DNA of 59,233 nt, counting the filler. It is 3 parts of 3 records of this genome, joined end to end, with 100 filler letters (N's around TTAATTAATTAA, not from the genome) between each part and the next. Parts side by side here need not be neighbours in the genome. Positions count along the whole stretch, not along the records: positions 1 to 24,603 come from SRR2962707_2276; 2 more parts are not named here. The stretch is one strand, 5' to 3'. The first letter of the stretch is position 1. Each line of letters opens with the position of its first letter. This document shows positions 1-10,450 of the stretch, piece by piece. Position numbers and translations under genes: made by a program. A model generated the notes under the pieces. The model saw only the letters and a list, made by a program, of their open reading frames with translations. It had not been told where the DNA came from and ran no database searches.

Positions 1-102
1 GTCATACACATTCATCTGGCAGCCATAGGTTTTCACAAACACTTTTTTGGTGTTGGCGATCGGCTGGATGGTTTCTTGATTTTCTAAAACTGGTGCGCTC
101 AT
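1..102 (-). CDS. miaB: tRNA-2-methylthio-N6-dimethylallyladenosine synthase MiaB, 5' fragment (runs off the window start)
   Basis: Manual translation from ATG at 102: [34 protein letters not shown], the MiaB/MTTase N-terminal TYGCQMN motif. Not in the ORF track. Confidence 0.9.
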   Translation of the reverse strand, partial: MSAPVLENQETIQPIANTKKVFVKTYGCQMNVYD

Positions 103-112
103 GGCCCTGCTT

Positions 113-928
113 CTAATGTGTTTTTGACTCAATGAGAAGTGGTTCTCTGCCGCGAAGTGCGAAAGAAGTCATCGCTGATACCTGCTGGCAGACCTCAGCG
201 GAAATTTTCTTGCGGTCAGTGTGCTCATTAATATCGATGGTATCGCCAAAGCTGACGATCACGCCAATATTGCCTTCGCGCAGAACGCGCAAAAGATGCG
301 GCCCCATTTCGACATCGCCTGGCCAAGCGGCGATTTGCCGTTCAAACCGGCCCATCGGCAAGCCAAATTGCTTTACATAGGCGATAGAAACCGGCTGGAT
401 GGGCGATTCCAGCACATTGCCGCCGACGCCGATTGCGCCAAAAAGCGTTGATTTAAAAGGCAAAATGAAATTGCCGTCTGACGTTGTGCCTTCAGGAAAC
501 AGAACAATATTATCGCCGTCTTCTAGTCGGCGGTTAATTTCTGCTGCCTGCGTTCCCGCGCTTGATCTGATGTTTCGATCAACAAATACACTGTCCTGCC
601 ATTTCGCCAATGAGCCGAAAAGCGGCCATTTCTTCACTTCTTCTTTGGCGACAAATGAAACGGGCGCAATAGATGCCAAAACTAGGATATCGAGCCAAGA
701 AACATGATTGGCCGCGATTAAAACCCCGTGGCCATTTGCCGCCACTATTTGACCTCGGATTGTAATTTTAATACCGAAAATCCAACAAATTGAGCGATGC
801 CAACGCATCGCAATCACTTTATAAATTGGCATTTTTAAGCGGCGCGTTACCAAATAAGGTCCCAGCAAAACCGCCGTCACGACCAAACAGGCGAATATGC
901 GAACCGCGACCCAAAATTGACCACTCAA
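113..928 (-). CDS. olsA: PlsC-family acyltransferase, probable lyso-ornithine lipid O-acyltransferase
   Basis: NHVSWLD (HxxxxD) and LFPEGT motifs. Position upstream of miaB matches rhizobial olsA as I recall it, and olsB is on the same contig. Family is secure; substrate is inferred. Confidence 0.7.
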   Translation of the reverse strand: MSGQFWVAVRIFACLVVTAVLLGPYLVTRRLKMPIYKVIAMRWHRSICWIFGIKITIRGQIVAANGHGVLIAANHVSWLDILVLASIAPVSFVAKEEVKKWPLFGSLAKWQDSVFVDRNIRSSAGTQAAEINRRLEDGDNIVLFPEGTTSDGNFILPFKSTLFGAIGVGGNVLESPIQPVSIAYVKQFGLPMGRFERQIAAWPGDVEMGPHLLRVLREGNIGVIVSFGDTIDINEHTDRKKISAEVCQQVSAMTSFALRGREPLLIESKTH

Positions 929-1380
929 GACGTTTCGTCCTTTTTGGCGGATTTGTCTTCAATGGGCACAGCATAGAGTTCTAAGCGGTGATCGACGAGC
1001 TTATAGCCCAATTCGCGCGCGATTTCTTCTTGAAGCGCTTCAATGCGCGGATTTGTAAATTCAATGACGTGGCCGGAACGCAGATCAATCAGGTGATCGT
1101 GATGTTCGTCGGGAATAGCCTCATAACGGGCTCTGCCATCTCTAAATTCATGCTTTTCAATCAGCGCTAAATCTTCAAACAGGCTGACGGCGCGGTAAAC
1201 CGTAGAAATTGAAATATTAGCATCTATGGCCGAGGCGCGGTGATAAAGCTCTTCAACATCTGGATGATCGCTCGCGCTTTCGATGACGCGCGCGATAATA
1301 CGGCGCTGCTCAGTCATGCGCATGCCGCGTTCTGCAACTCTGTCTTCCAGCGATTTTTCCGGCTTTTCGGTCACCGTCAT
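925..1380 (-). CDS. fur: Fur-family metalloregulator (Fur/Mur type)
   Basis: RMTEQRRII, HPDVEELY, ISISTVYR, HHDHLID motifs. Confidence 0.9.
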   Translation of the reverse strand: MTVTEKPEKSLEDRVAERGMRMTEQRRIIARVIESASDHPDVEELYHRASAIDANISISTVYRAVSLFEDLALIEKHEFRDGRARYEAIPDEHHDHLIDLRSGHVIEFTNPRIEALQEEIARELGYKLVDHRLELYAVPIEDKSAKKDETS

Positions 1381-1399
1381 CCTCTCAGTTTCACACGCG

Positions 1400-1894
1400 C
1401 TAGTTTAAATCGCGGCGCATAACAAGCGCATTGAATCTTTCGCCGGTTGCAACTCTATAGTAGTTTTCACGCATGGCGACCTGAGTAAATCCAACGCGCT
1501 TATAAAGTGCAATAGCACTTTTATTGGTTTCGTTGACTTCTAAAAACAGGGACGAAACGCCGTCAATAAGCAGTTCTCCCGTCAGCCTGTCCATCAAGTT
1601 TCGGCCAATGCCTTGTCCTTGACGGGAAGGATCAACGGCAATCGTCAAAATTTCAGCTTCATCGGCGATAACCCGCGCGAGCACAAAACCGACAACAGCG
1701 CCGCCTTTGGTTTGCAAATCGCGTAAAGCAAAGCCGCGCACATTATTATTGTTCAAAAATGTCTGGAATTCGCCATCAGACCATGCAGGCACAAACGTTT
1801 TCGCATGAATATCGGCAATGGCATGGGTGTGCGACAGATCAAGGCGCTCTAAGGAAAATCCACCTTCACGACGCTTTTTAAATGGCCAGATCAT
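1400..1894 (-). CDS. rimI: Ribosomal-protein alanine N-acetyltransferase (GNAT)
   Basis: EAEILTIAV, RQGQGIG, FLEVNETN..AIALY, R.NYY; follows tsaB. Confidence 0.85.
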   Translation of the reverse strand: MIWPFKKRREGGFSLERLDLSHTHAIADIHAKTFVPAWSDGEFQTFLNNNNVRGFALRDLQTKGGAVVGFVLARVIADEAEILTIAVDPSRQGQGIGRNLMDRLTGELLIDGVSSLFLEVNETNKSAIALYKRVGFTQVAMRENYYRVATGERFNALVMRRDLN

Positions 1895-2565
1895 GTTGTT
1901 TTTCCTGCTGCGTGCGGCAATGCAAAATTTTCATTTATTTTAGCATCGGCGCTGCGCAAATAAAGCGGCTTGGGTGGCAGATCACTGGTCACAGCTAGCG
2001 CTGCGAATGCTTCGATAGAGCCAGTGGCACTTAACATTTGCGGTGCAGAGTGTGCGCCTTCAATTGATGCTGCGCCATTACCCACGATCAATCCAATATC
2101 GCTGAAGGTGCCCATTGGCATTTCATCGAGCTTAACAATGGATGGTTTACCAAGCGCAACGCCGTCATTATCAAAATGTTGAACGAAAAGCTGGCCGCGC
2201 CCGCCCGATAACGCAACAAGGAAGTCGGTTTGAGGCGTAATATTTGTCAAAACATCATGCGTAATGGCATTAAAAGTGGTGACGCCGACGACTGGAATTT
2301 CAAGCGCAAGGCCAAGACCGCGCGCCGCGGCAACACCGACACGGATACCGGTAAACGACCCTGGCCCAATATTGACACCCAATTTGGTGACATCTTCCAG
2401 CGATTGGCCTGCATCGCTTAAGACTTCTTCGATCAAAGAAAGCAGATGTTCTGCATGGCCACGGCCAATATCCAAAGATTTGGAGCCAAGCGGTGCCATA
2501 GCCTTTTCGTCCCAAAGGCAGACGGCACATAAATTGGCAGCGGTATCAATGGCTAAAATTGTCAT
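1891..2565 (-). CDS. tsaB: tRNA threonylcarbamoyladenosine biosynthesis protein TsaB
   Basis: ILAIDTA N-terminus, GPGSFTGIRVG, C-terminal P.PLYLR. Confidence 0.93.
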   Translation of the reverse strand: MTILAIDTAANLCAVCLWDEKAMAPLGSKSLDIGRGHAEHLLSLIEEVLSDAGQSLEDVTKLGVNIGPGSFTGIRVGVAAARGLGLALEIPVVGVTTFNAITHDVLTNITPQTDFLVALSGGRGQLFVQHFDNDGVALGKPSIVKLDEMPMGTFSDIGLIVGNGAASIEGAHSAPQMLSATGSIEAFAALAVTSDLPPKPLYLRSADAKINENFALPHAAGKTT

Positions 2566-2620
2566 AGGCTGTGCTTATCTAGATTTAACAGCCACAACAA
2601 TAGGCCAAAAGAATTGGTAA

Positions 2621-3499
2621 TCAGATTGCAACGCGCGGATCAAATTTAGCGGCTGCATCTGCATCAACAATGAAGGTTTTGCCCGCATGCGGATCGCTTG
2701 CACGGGCTTTATCCGTCATACCCTCAAACGCTGAAGTTACCGCTATTTTGCCGTCATTAACGAAAACTGGGCAGGTAGTTTGCGAGGCTGGCAGTTTGAT
2801 TGATTCCAGCAATTCGCCTTTATCATTGTATTTATTGAGCAGCCCTGCGCCCCAAATCGCAATCCAGAGATTGCCATGCACATCGGTAATCGCGCCGTCC
2901 AAGCCGCCTTCACTTTTGGTGTGATCAATGAATACTTCTGGCTCACCGGTCGGTAATCCCGTTTCAGGATCGACCGTGACGCGCATTAATTTGTTCACTC
3001 TCGTGTCCGTGAAATAGGCATATTTTCCATCAGGCGAAAAGCAGGTGCTGTTTGGAATGCTTATATTGGGGAACAGCATCGTCAAAATGCCGTTTCTAAA
3101 ATGGTAGATTGAGCCTGCACCATCGGCCGCACCAATGGCCATCGTGCCAAGCCAGAATGCGCCGGAGGGATGAACGCGTGCATCATTGGAGCGTGTTTCA
3201 GCATTATCAGCCTCAATGGGCGCGATTTGCTCCCATTCGCCATTTGTTTGATAGAAAATCCATAGGCCCGAGCTTGTGAAAATCAAATCTGCTTCGTCGC
3301 TGATGACAGCCATAGCACTTGCCATCTCAGGCAAAAGCTCGATGGATTTTTGACCATTATCAAAGTTATAGGCATGGCGCTTGGCGTTAAGAATATCAAA
3401 CCAAAACAATGTGTTGCGGCGGGCGCAGAAAAATGGACCTTCGCCCAACGTGCACGCATCATCGCATAGAATTGAAACTTCATGCATCAAATAGGCCAT
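2621..3499 (-). CDS. SMP-30/gluconolactonase/LRE family sugar lactonase
   Basis: LGEGP, RSNDARV, IPNSTCFSPDG, DGAITD..GNLWIA motifs. Start uncertain (ATG 3499 chosen; the ORF extends to 3514). Confidence 0.88.
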   Translation of the reverse strand: MAYLMHEVSILCDDACTLGEGPFFCARRNTLFWFDILNAKRHAYNFDNGQKSIELLPEMASAMAVISDEADLIFTSSGLWIFYQTNGEWEQIAPIEADNAETRSNDARVHPSGAFWLGTMAIGAADGAGSIYHFRNGILTMLFPNISIPNSTCFSPDGKYAYFTDTRVNKLMRVTVDPETGLPTGEPEVFIDHTKSEGGLDGAITDVHGNLWIAIWGAGLLNKYNDKGELLESIKLPASQTTCPVFVNDGKIAVTSAFEGMTDKARASDPHAGKTFIVDADAAAKFDPRVAI

Positions 3500-3531
3500 C
3501 CCATTGCCAACCAAATAAACTTAAAGCAGAC

Positions 3532-3999
3532 TTACTCGGTGTCGCTCGCCTGCGGCGCGCTGGTAAGCAGCTCATACAAAGCCTTTTTATCTTCTATGGA
3601 ACGAAGTTCATCAAGGCCTTTTGGATTGCGCAAAAAGCGGGCAATGCGCGATAATGCTTTTAGATGATCTGCACCAGCGCTTTGCGGCGCGAGCAGCAGA
3701 AATACGATATCGACGGGTTTATCGTCCAAAGCGTCGAAATCTATTGGCGTATCAAGCCTGACAAAGATCCCAAAAATGCGGTCAAATTTATCAAATTTTC
3801 CATGCGGAATGGCAATGCCATTGCCAACGCCGGTAGAGCCAAGCTTTTCACGCTGCAAAATTGTTTCGAAAATTTCGCGGGCGGGCAAGTCTGTTAACTC
3901 GGCTGCCTTGTCTGAGATTGCTTGAAGAAGCTGCTTTTTCGAACTTACTTTTAAATCGATTATGACAGCATCTTCGCTCAGAAATTCGCTGAGATCCAT
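3532..3999 (-). CDS. ptsN: PTS IIA-Ntr nitrogen regulatory protein
   Basis: REKLGSTGVGNGIAIPH phospho-His motif; rpoN-hpf-ptsN order. Confidence 0.95.
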   Translation of the reverse strand: MDLSEFLSEDAVIIDLKVSSKKQLLQAISDKAAELTDLPAREIFETILQREKLGSTGVGNGIAIPHGKFDKFDRIFGIFVRLDTPIDFDALDDKPVDIVFLLLAPQSAGADHLKALSRIARFLRNPKGLDELRSIEDKKALYELLTSAPQASDTE

Positions 4000-4055
4000 C
4001 TTACTTACCCAGTCCCGCTAATTTGCAGTAATTACTGCTACTCAATTGAACCCAG

Positions 4056-4631
4056 TTATTTCAGTGCTTCTGGATCAATCCAGCCAATATTGCCGTCCGC
4101 ACGACGATAGACCAGATTAACATCACCACTTCCTGCGTTTCGGAACACATAGACCGGGTTGTCCTGAAGGTCCAGTTGCAAAACGGCAGAGGCCACAGGC
4201 AATGTCGCTAACTGCATACGCGTTTCAGCAACAATGGCAGGCGCATAGTTGTCTGGTAGCTCTTCATCATCATCTTCAGGCAGCGCCTCAAGAACGCGGT
4301 AATGGTATTCTTCATCGCGTGAAGCGGCACCATTGGCATGGTGCGATTTTAGCCGGCGCTTATAGCGGCGAAGGCGCTTTTCAAGCCGTTCAGCGGCTGC
4401 ATCAAAGCTGCCATCTGGATTTTGTGCTTCACCCGTTGCTTGCAGCGTAACGCCACTGTCTAAATGTAAGATGCAATCTGTGGTAAAACGGCTTCCTGAC
4501 TTCTCGACGACCACATGTCCCGAAGCGCCGTGATCAAAATATTTCGCCAGTGCTTCGTCTATGCGATCTCCTATACGCGTTTTAAATGCTTCACCAATTT
4601 CCATATGTTTCCCAGAAACGCGTAAACTCAT
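4056..4631 (-). CDS. hpf: Long ribosome hibernation promoting factor (sigma54 modulation protein)
   Basis: MSLRVSGKHMEIG start, LEKRLRRYKRRLK, C-terminal VYRRADGNIGWIDP. Confidence 0.93.
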   Translation of the reverse strand: MSLRVSGKHMEIGEAFKTRIGDRIDEALAKYFDHGASGHVVVEKSGSRFTTDCILHLDSGVTLQATGEAQNPDGSFDAAAERLEKRLRRYKRRLKSHHANGAASRDEEYHYRVLEALPEDDDEELPDNYAPAIVAETRMQLATLPVASAVLQLDLQDNPVYVFRNAGSGDVNLVYRRADGNIGWIDPEALK

Positions 4632-4765
4632 ATCACACCTCATTATTTGGTTTTTCTATGACGCTGATCTTTGACAAATCAGCGTATTGTGCCAGAGTAG
4701 ATTGAGACAAGAATGCGGCTCTGTGAAGGGCAAATAAGCAAAAAAGTTCTTTTGTTTGATCCGAT

Positions 4766-6328
4766 TTACGAGGCGGTTCGAGAACTTTCAAGGTTTGCTT
4801 TTTTTTCGCGTCTTCGCTGTACGGAAGAGGCAATATTCATGGCTTCTCGGTATTTAGCGACCGTGCGACGGGCGATATCAATGCCCTCTTTTTTCAGCAT
4901 ATCCATCAAATTATCATCAGATAGAACATTTTTGACGGTTTCTTGATCGATCAAATCACGAATACGCTGGCGCACCGATTCAGATGAATGATCTGAGTCG
5001 CCGCCGCTCATGCTGGCGATGGCAACGGTAAAGAAATAGCGCAATTCAAACAGCCCGCGCGGCGTGAGCATATATTTATTAGATGCAACACGGCTGACGG
5101 TCGATTCGTGCATTTCTATTGCTTCGGCAACCGACTTCATTGTCATTGGTTTAAGCGCCGATACACCGTGAAGGAAAAAGCCATCCTGTTGGCGCACGAT
5201 TTCGCTGGCGACTTTCAAAATCGTTGTGGCGCGCTGATCAAGGCTTTTTTCAAGCCAAGAGGCGCTCGCCATACAATCAGCAACAAAGGTTTTTTCTTCT
5301 TTTTTAAGCGCTGAACCGGACACTTCGGTAAAATATTGTCGATCAATGATAATGCGCGGTAACGCATGTTGATTTAATTCAATTTTCCATGCGCCGCTTG
5401 GTGATGCCGTCACCTCAACATCGTGGATGATCGATTGCGTGGCACTAATTTCAAACGCTAAACCTGGGCGCGGATCAAGGCGTTTAATCTCCGCAAACAT
5501 GTCAATCAAGTCTGATTGATCGACGCCGCAAATATGGGTCAATGCCTTAAAATCGCGTTTCGCCAATAGATCAAGATTATCTAAAAGCGCCTGCATCGCC
5601 GGATCGAGGCGATTAACCCGTGCGCATTGCAAAGACAGGCATTCGCCCAAATCACGGGCAAAAACACCGGCTGGATCACAAGTCTGCAAGCCAGAAAGCA
5701 CTTTATTGACGCTTTCTTGCGGGCAATTTAACCGCTCAGCAATACGCTCAAAATCGGCATCCACATAGCCGCGTTCATCAAGCGCATCGATCAATTCCTC
5801 TGCGATTGCGCGTTCACTGATATCGTGGAAAATGAAAGGAACCTGCTCACCGATAACATCACGTAAGCTGCGTTTGGTGCCCGCAATTTCTTCTAAAGAA
5901 TAATCATAATCTGCGCCGCCAGATGAGGGCAGACCTGGCAAACCGGAAACCCGATCATCATGGGGCATCGCGCGTAGAGCACCATCGCCGTTGCCCGGAT
6001 CATCGGGAAACACATTTTCAAGCGATGTATCAAGCTTGTCGGATATGGCCGCGGCGCTTACTTCTAGGTCTGCGCTGTCCCACGAATTGGTTTCGGCTAT
6101 GCCATTTTCGTTCGAACCGGAGGCAGCACCAACATCGCCATCGCGATCAACGAAATTATCATCGTTGGAATTAATACGTTCGATAAGTGGGTTCTTCTCA
6201 ACCTGCTGATCAACAAATTGCTCAAGCTCCGCCTGCGTGAACTGCAGCAATTTGATTGATTGCAGCAATTGCGGCGTCATCGTGAGCGACTGTGATTGCC
6301 GCAAATTTAATCGAGCATTAAGCGCCAT
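4766..6328 (-). CDS. rpoN: RNA polymerase sigma-54 factor
   Basis: Region I LTMTPQLLQSIKLLQ, HESTVSR HTH, RpoN box ARRTVAKYRE. Confidence 0.98.
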   Translation of the reverse strand: MALNARLNLRQSQSLTMTPQLLQSIKLLQFTQAELEQFVDQQVEKNPLIERINSNDDNFVDRDGDVGAASGSNENGIAETNSWDSADLEVSAAAISDKLDTSLENVFPDDPGNGDGALRAMPHDDRVSGLPGLPSSGGADYDYSLEEIAGTKRSLRDVIGEQVPFIFHDISERAIAEELIDALDERGYVDADFERIAERLNCPQESVNKVLSGLQTCDPAGVFARDLGECLSLQCARVNRLDPAMQALLDNLDLLAKRDFKALTHICGVDQSDLIDMFAEIKRLDPRPGLAFEISATQSIIHDVEVTASPSGAWKIELNQHALPRIIIDRQYFTEVSGSALKKEEKTFVADCMASASWLEKSLDQRATTILKVASEIVRQQDGFFLHGVSALKPMTMKSVAEAIEMHESTVSRVASNKYMLTPRGLFELRYFFTVAIASMSGGDSDHSSESVRQRIRDLIDQETVKNVLSDDNLMDMLKKEGIDIARRTVAKYREAMNIASSVQRRREKKANLESSRTAS

Positions 6329-6370
6329 TTAATCCGCCAAAGTCCCCTACTTTTGCCAGCAGAGCCAAAA

Positions 6371-6386
6371 TGGCCCAAAACTTGCT
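6371..6386 (+). promoter_or_regulatory. Sigma-54 -24/-12 binding site, oriented opposite to rpoN (putative autorepression site)
   Basis: TGGCCC-AAAAC-TTGCT versus consensus TGGCAC-N5-TTGCW, 43 nt upstream of the rpoN start. Confidence 0.7.
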
Positions 6387-6435
6387 TAGGTATCTATAAT
6401 GGAAACTTTGCCTATTATCTAGTCACGCGAGCCGA

Positions 6436-7248
6436 CTAGAGACTAAATTGATCACCAAGGTAAAGACGGCGAACATCCGCATTGGCAATGATCTCATCGG
6501 GGCGGCCATGGGTGAGCACGCTTCCGGCATGAATTATGTATGCGCGGTCAATCAAACCAAGGGTTTCGCGCACATTGTGGTCGGTAATCAGAACACCCAG
6601 TCCGCGCTCTTTTAGATGCCGCACAAGGGTCTGAATGTCAGACACAGCAATGGGGTCAACACCCGCAAATGGCTCGTCCAGCAGCATAAAGGTTGGATCT
6701 GAAGCCAAAGCACGCGCAATTTCGCAGCGACGACGCTCGCCGCCTGATAATGCAATGGACGGTGACTTGCGCAAATGGGCAATGCTGAACTCTTCAAGCA
6801 ATTGGTCGAGCTTTTTACTGCGCTCTTTGGCGCTTTTTTCGACAATTTCCAAAACAGCGAGGATATTCTGCTCAACATTTAGGCCGCGGAAAATTGATGC
6901 CTCTTGCGGAAGATAGCCAATACCCAGACGGGCGCGCTGATACATCGGCATGGCCGTCACATCATTACCGTCGATCAATATTTGCCCGCTATCTACTGGC
7001 ACCAGTCCGGTGACCATATAGAAGCATGTGGTTTTGCCCGCGCCATTTGGCCCTAAAAGCCCTACGACTTCGCCGCGACGAACGCCCATGGCTGCACCAT
7101 CGACAACACGGCGGCCGCGATAGCTTTTGGTCAAACCGCGCGCAATCAGCGTGCCTTCCAAATTAGTCGGCAAGCCGTTCGCACTTGGCGCCATCCCATC
7201 TGCGAGCGCACCAGAATCAACCGTCGTTTTATTGCGGAAAAGGGCCAA
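6436..7248 (-). CDS. lptB: LPS export ABC transporter ATPase
   Basis: GPNGAGKT Walker A, YLPQEASIF, LSGGERRR, LLDEPFAGVDP. Confidence 0.96.
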   Translation of the reverse strand: MALFRNKTTVDSGALADGMAPSANGLPTNLEGTLIARGLTKSYRGRRVVDGAAMGVRRGEVVGLLGPNGAGKTTCFYMVTGLVPVDSGQILIDGNDVTAMPMYQRARLGIGYLPQEASIFRGLNVEQNILAVLEIVEKSAKERSKKLDQLLEEFSIAHLRKSPSIALSGGERRRCEIARALASDPTFMLLDEPFAGVDPIAVSDIQTLVRHLKERGLGVLITDHNVRETLGLIDRAYIIHAGSVLTHGRPDEIIANADVRRLYLGDQFSL

Positions 7249-7264
7249 GAATGGTTTTACCTAT

Positions 7265-7786
7265 TTAATTTTTTTTGGGTTGGATAAGAACCGTTGGGCG
7301 CGATGTTTTTCCGCATCCCTCTAGGTGAGCGCGGCTAGAGCCCTGAAAAAATGTCAGTTTGCAGCCAGTTGCGACATTGCCAGCCTCGGTCAATGTCACC
7401 GGATTTCCGGTTAAAACCATCGTTTCAGTTTTCATGTCGTAAGTGCCGGTGTCGCCGGTTGCAACCTGCGCGCCCGAAGTCATGTTAACGCCGCCAGAAG
7501 CAACTAGATGATCAATATCTGCAGCGCCGGTTGCAACTGAGCCTTCGCCGCCTTTTACGTAGAAAATTTCAAGTTTTGAGGTTTTTAAGATCTTATCTTC
7601 TTGGATAACGGTCACAGAACCTTGGAAGACAGCAAGTCCCTGATCTTCAAAAATTTCGAGCTTGTCACCATCCAGCTGAATGGGAGAACCTGAGGAAAGG
7701 CCAAAGCCAGAAGATGACTGGGCCTCAGCCTGCGTAGCAGCGATGGAAGCAACTGCGATAATAAGGATTTTCGATATTGTTCTCAT
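7265..7786 (-). CDS. lptA: LPS transport periplasmic protein LptA/OstA family
   Basis: Signal peptide MRTISKILIIAVASIAATQAEAQ, beta-jellyroll-like sequence, between lptC and lptB. Alternative start at 7828. Confidence 0.85.
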   Translation of the reverse strand: MRTISKILIIAVASIAATQAEAQSSSGFGLSSGSPIQLDGDKLEIFEDQGLAVFQGSVTVIQEDKILKTSKLEIFYVKGGEGSVATGAADIDHLVASGGVNMTSGAQVATGDTGTYDMKTETMVLTGNPVTLTEAGNVATGCKLTFFQGSSRAHLEGCGKTSRPTVLIQPKKN

Positions 7787-7863
7787 GGAAGGGAGACCTT
7801 TCACCCAAATATTCGCATTAACATACACTACTTAATAGTCACGATTGGCCAAAGGTCCAAGAT

Positions 7864-8511
7864 TTATTGCGTTTTTGCTTCAACCTTCTTTGGCTGCATA
7901 ACAAACCGAACATTATTTTCAAAGATAAGATGATTGCCGCCATTGATAATTTTCATATCTTTTGACGTCACCGTTGACTGTCCGCTTTCAATAAAAACAT
8001 TGTCGGTCGCGATCACATCGCCATTATCTACGTTCACATCTGCGCTACCCATGATTGCCTTAAGCCCATCGGTGGTGGTCACGGTTGCTTCTTCTGGAAG
8101 CTTCAGCACGCCGGCATCACTGTCAAAAACACCTGAATTTGATTTAAGTGCAGCAGTTGCGCCGCCCTTAAGCTCCATCGTGGCGCTGATGGCGTCCAAT
8201 TGCATGCTTTTATCGCCGGTCAAGTTCTGCACGGCGCTATCAGCGCGAAAATTATAAGCGCGTTTGTCAGCGGTGTGGCCTTGCAGGTTTGGATTGGACA
8301 TTACCAATTTACCATCGCGAATAACGCTTTGCGTAAAATCAACAATGCCGCCAAATGTCAGGCGCGAAATAATCATTGGCGCTAAAAGTGCAACAACTGC
8401 GGCAACAGCAACAAACGGCAAGACGCGCTTAAAAAACCGCACGCGCTTAGAATGCGATTGCGCGCGGCCAAATGCCTGCGCCTTAGAATAATTGTTGATC
8501 GCCTGTGCCAT
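7864..8511 (-). CDS. lptC: LPS export protein LptC
   Basis: HSKRVRFFKRVLP followed by one TM helix and a beta-rich domain; lptCAB order. Confidence 0.82.
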   Translation of the reverse strand: MAQAINNYSKAQAFGRAQSHSKRVRFFKRVLPFVAVAAVVALLAPMIISRLTFGGIVDFTQSVIRDGKLVMSNPNLQGHTADKRAYNFRADSAVQNLTGDKSMQLDAISATMELKGGATAALKSNSGVFDSDAGVLKLPEEATVTTTDGLKAIMGSADVNVDNGDVIATDNVFIESGQSTVTSKDMKIINGGNHLIFENNVRFVMQPKKVEAKTQ

Positions 8512-8669
8512 TACTAATCGTTACTGTATTATGGTTTACAAAATGCAAACTTCGAGCGCTAACAGATAAACTTACAATGTGGTCGCAATTTGATAAGATT
8601 GATTGTTGATGAATGATGTATTGGTGCCTTAAGAGACCCCCTACATAAATTGTCTTAGAAAGAGAACGA

Positions 8670-9629
8670 ATGATCCGCGCTGATGATATCATAGACCGCC
8701 AGAGACTGCGCAAAAAAGTGACGTTTTGGCGTATTGCGTCAGTTATTATCATCCTTATCGCTGTCTTCTCCGTCATAAGCGCTTTGGGCGGATTTGAAAA
8801 ATTTACTACATTTTCTAGCGATCATGTTGCCAAAGTGCGCATTGAAGGCACCATCACAGAAGATGAAGACCTGCTCAAGCAACTCAAAGACATTGCGGAC
8901 GATGACCACGTAAAAGGCGTCATCCTGTCGATTGATTCGCCTGGCGGCACTACCGCGGGCGGCGAGGCGATCTATGAGGCAGTGCGCGTTTTGGCCGATA
9001 AAAAGCCCGTTGTCGCGCAAGTCGGCACGTTGGCCGCATCCGCTGGTTACATGATTGCATCAGGCGCAGACCAAATAGTGGCGCGTAAAACTTCGATTGT
9101 TGGCTCGATTGGGGTAATTTTCCAATATCCCAATATTGAGGAGCTTTTGACTAAACTTGGCATTGATATGCGCGCGATCAAATCTTCGCCAATGAAGGCA
9201 GAACCATCGTTCTTTGGCCAAACGCCGCCAGAAGCAGAGGCAATGATATCGAACATGATTATGGATAGTTTTGATTGGTTCAAAGCGATTGTGACTGAAC
9301 GCCGCGGCTTTACCGCAGAAAAAACCGAGCAATTGGCCGACGGCTCAGTCTTCACAGGGCGGCAAGCCAAGGAAAATGGGCTTATTGACCAGCTCGGCGG
9401 CGAAGAAGTTGCGCGCGCATGGCTAACAGAAAAAGGCATTGATGCGGATTTAGAAACGCTTGAATGGAAAAGGCCGCGCGATGCGACCGGATTCATGCTA
9501 TCTAAATCATTAACGCAATGGTTTTTGTATCAAATTGGCCTTGGCAGCGTCGATAATGGCCTCGACGACACGCTCCACCGCCGCCTAATGCTTGACGGAC
9601 TTCTTTCTGTTTGGCACGTTCCTAATTAA
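8670..9629 (+). CDS. sppA: Signal peptide peptidase SppA (S49)
   Basis: [20 protein letters not shown] motifs. Confidence 0.93.
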   Translation: MIRADDIIDRQRLRKKVTFWRIASVIIILIAVFSVISALGGFEKFTTFSSDHVAKVRIEGTITEDEDLLKQLKDIADDDHVKGVILSIDSPGGTTAGGEAIYEAVRVLADKKPVVAQVGTLAASAGYMIASGADQIVARKTSIVGSIGVIFQYPNIEELLTKLGIDMRAIKSSPMKAEPSFFGQTPPEAEAMISNMIMDSFDWFKAIVTERRGFTAEKTEQLADGSVFTGRQAKENGLIDQLGGEEVARAWLTEKGIDADLETLEWKRPRDATGFMLSKSLTQWFLYQIGLGSVDNGLDDTLHRRLMLDGLLSVWHVPN

Positions 9630-9664
9630 TAATTTTAACCGATTTACGCAGCTGTGGAAATGTC

Positions 9665-9946
9665 ATGATCAAATCCGAACTCGTTCAAATTATTGCGGAC
9701 CGCAATCCTCATCTTTATCAACGCGATGTGGAAAATATCGTCAATGCGGTTCTCGATGAAATTACGCAAACTTTGGCTGCAGGAGACCGTGTGGAATTGC
9801 GCGGCTTTGGCGCATTTTCGGTGAAAAACCGTCCAGCGCGTGAAGGGCGTAACCCACGCACAGGCGAAATGGTCAAAGTTGATGAAAAATGGGTACCATT
9901 TTTCAAGACTGGCAAAGAGCTTCGCGAACGCCTAAATAGCAAATAG
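9665..9946 (+). CDS. ihfB: Integration host factor beta subunit
   Basis: [40 protein letters not shown]. Confidence 0.96.
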   Translation: MIKSELVQIIADRNPHLYQRDVENIVNAVLDEITQTLAAGDRVELRGFGAFSVKNRPAREGRNPRTGEMVKVDEKWVPFFKTGKELRERLNSK

Positions 9947-9985
9947 ACCGATAACACCGACTAAATTGTTCTGTGAGGAACTTCC

Positions 9986-10324
9986 ATGATCCGCAAAATC
10001 ATATTTGTGCTGTTTTTAATACCGCTTGCGATTATTTTGATCGCATTGACGGTTGCCAATCGTAGCCTTGTGCCGCTGAGCTTGGATGTATTCAACCCGG
10101 GCAATCCCGCGCTTACCGTGCAGGCACCGCTCTTTGTTTGGCTTTTTGGCGCCGTGACAATTGGTATTTTAATCGGCGGCATTGGCAGCTGGTTTGCACA
10201 GGGCAGACATCGCAAAGAAAAACAAAAATTCAAAAAAGAAGCGCAAAAGCTGCGCTATGAAATTGAACATGCGCCAGATTCAAAGAAAGAGTCTAAATCG
10301 ACATCTTTGGTTATGGCGCGCTGA
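9986..10324 (+). CDS. LapA/DUF1049-family small membrane protein
   Basis: Two TM segments, ANR..V.LSLD motif, basic coiled tail; typical position after ihfB. Confidence 0.7.
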   Translation: MIRKIIFVLFLIPLAIILIALTVANRSLVPLSLDVFNPGNPALTVQAPLFVWLFGAVTIGILIGGIGSWFAQGRHRKEKQKFKKEAQKLRYEIEHAPDSKKESKSTSLVMAR

Positions 10325-10450
10325 TCAACAACTGAACCTGCGAATTGAACCGCCTCATTGTGCTTTGGGTCGGCATCTCGTTTTGCAGTCCAACTTGGCA
10401 ATCACCGCCTAATGCGTCATAGGGTGTTCAAATTAAATTGGATATGAGAC

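Noticed and set aside
4680-4695. TGGCAC on the minus strand upstream of hpf as a sigma-54 promoter
   Set aside because: The -12 element is wrong (TGGCAC-AATAC-GCTG); GG-N10-GC spacing is not met.
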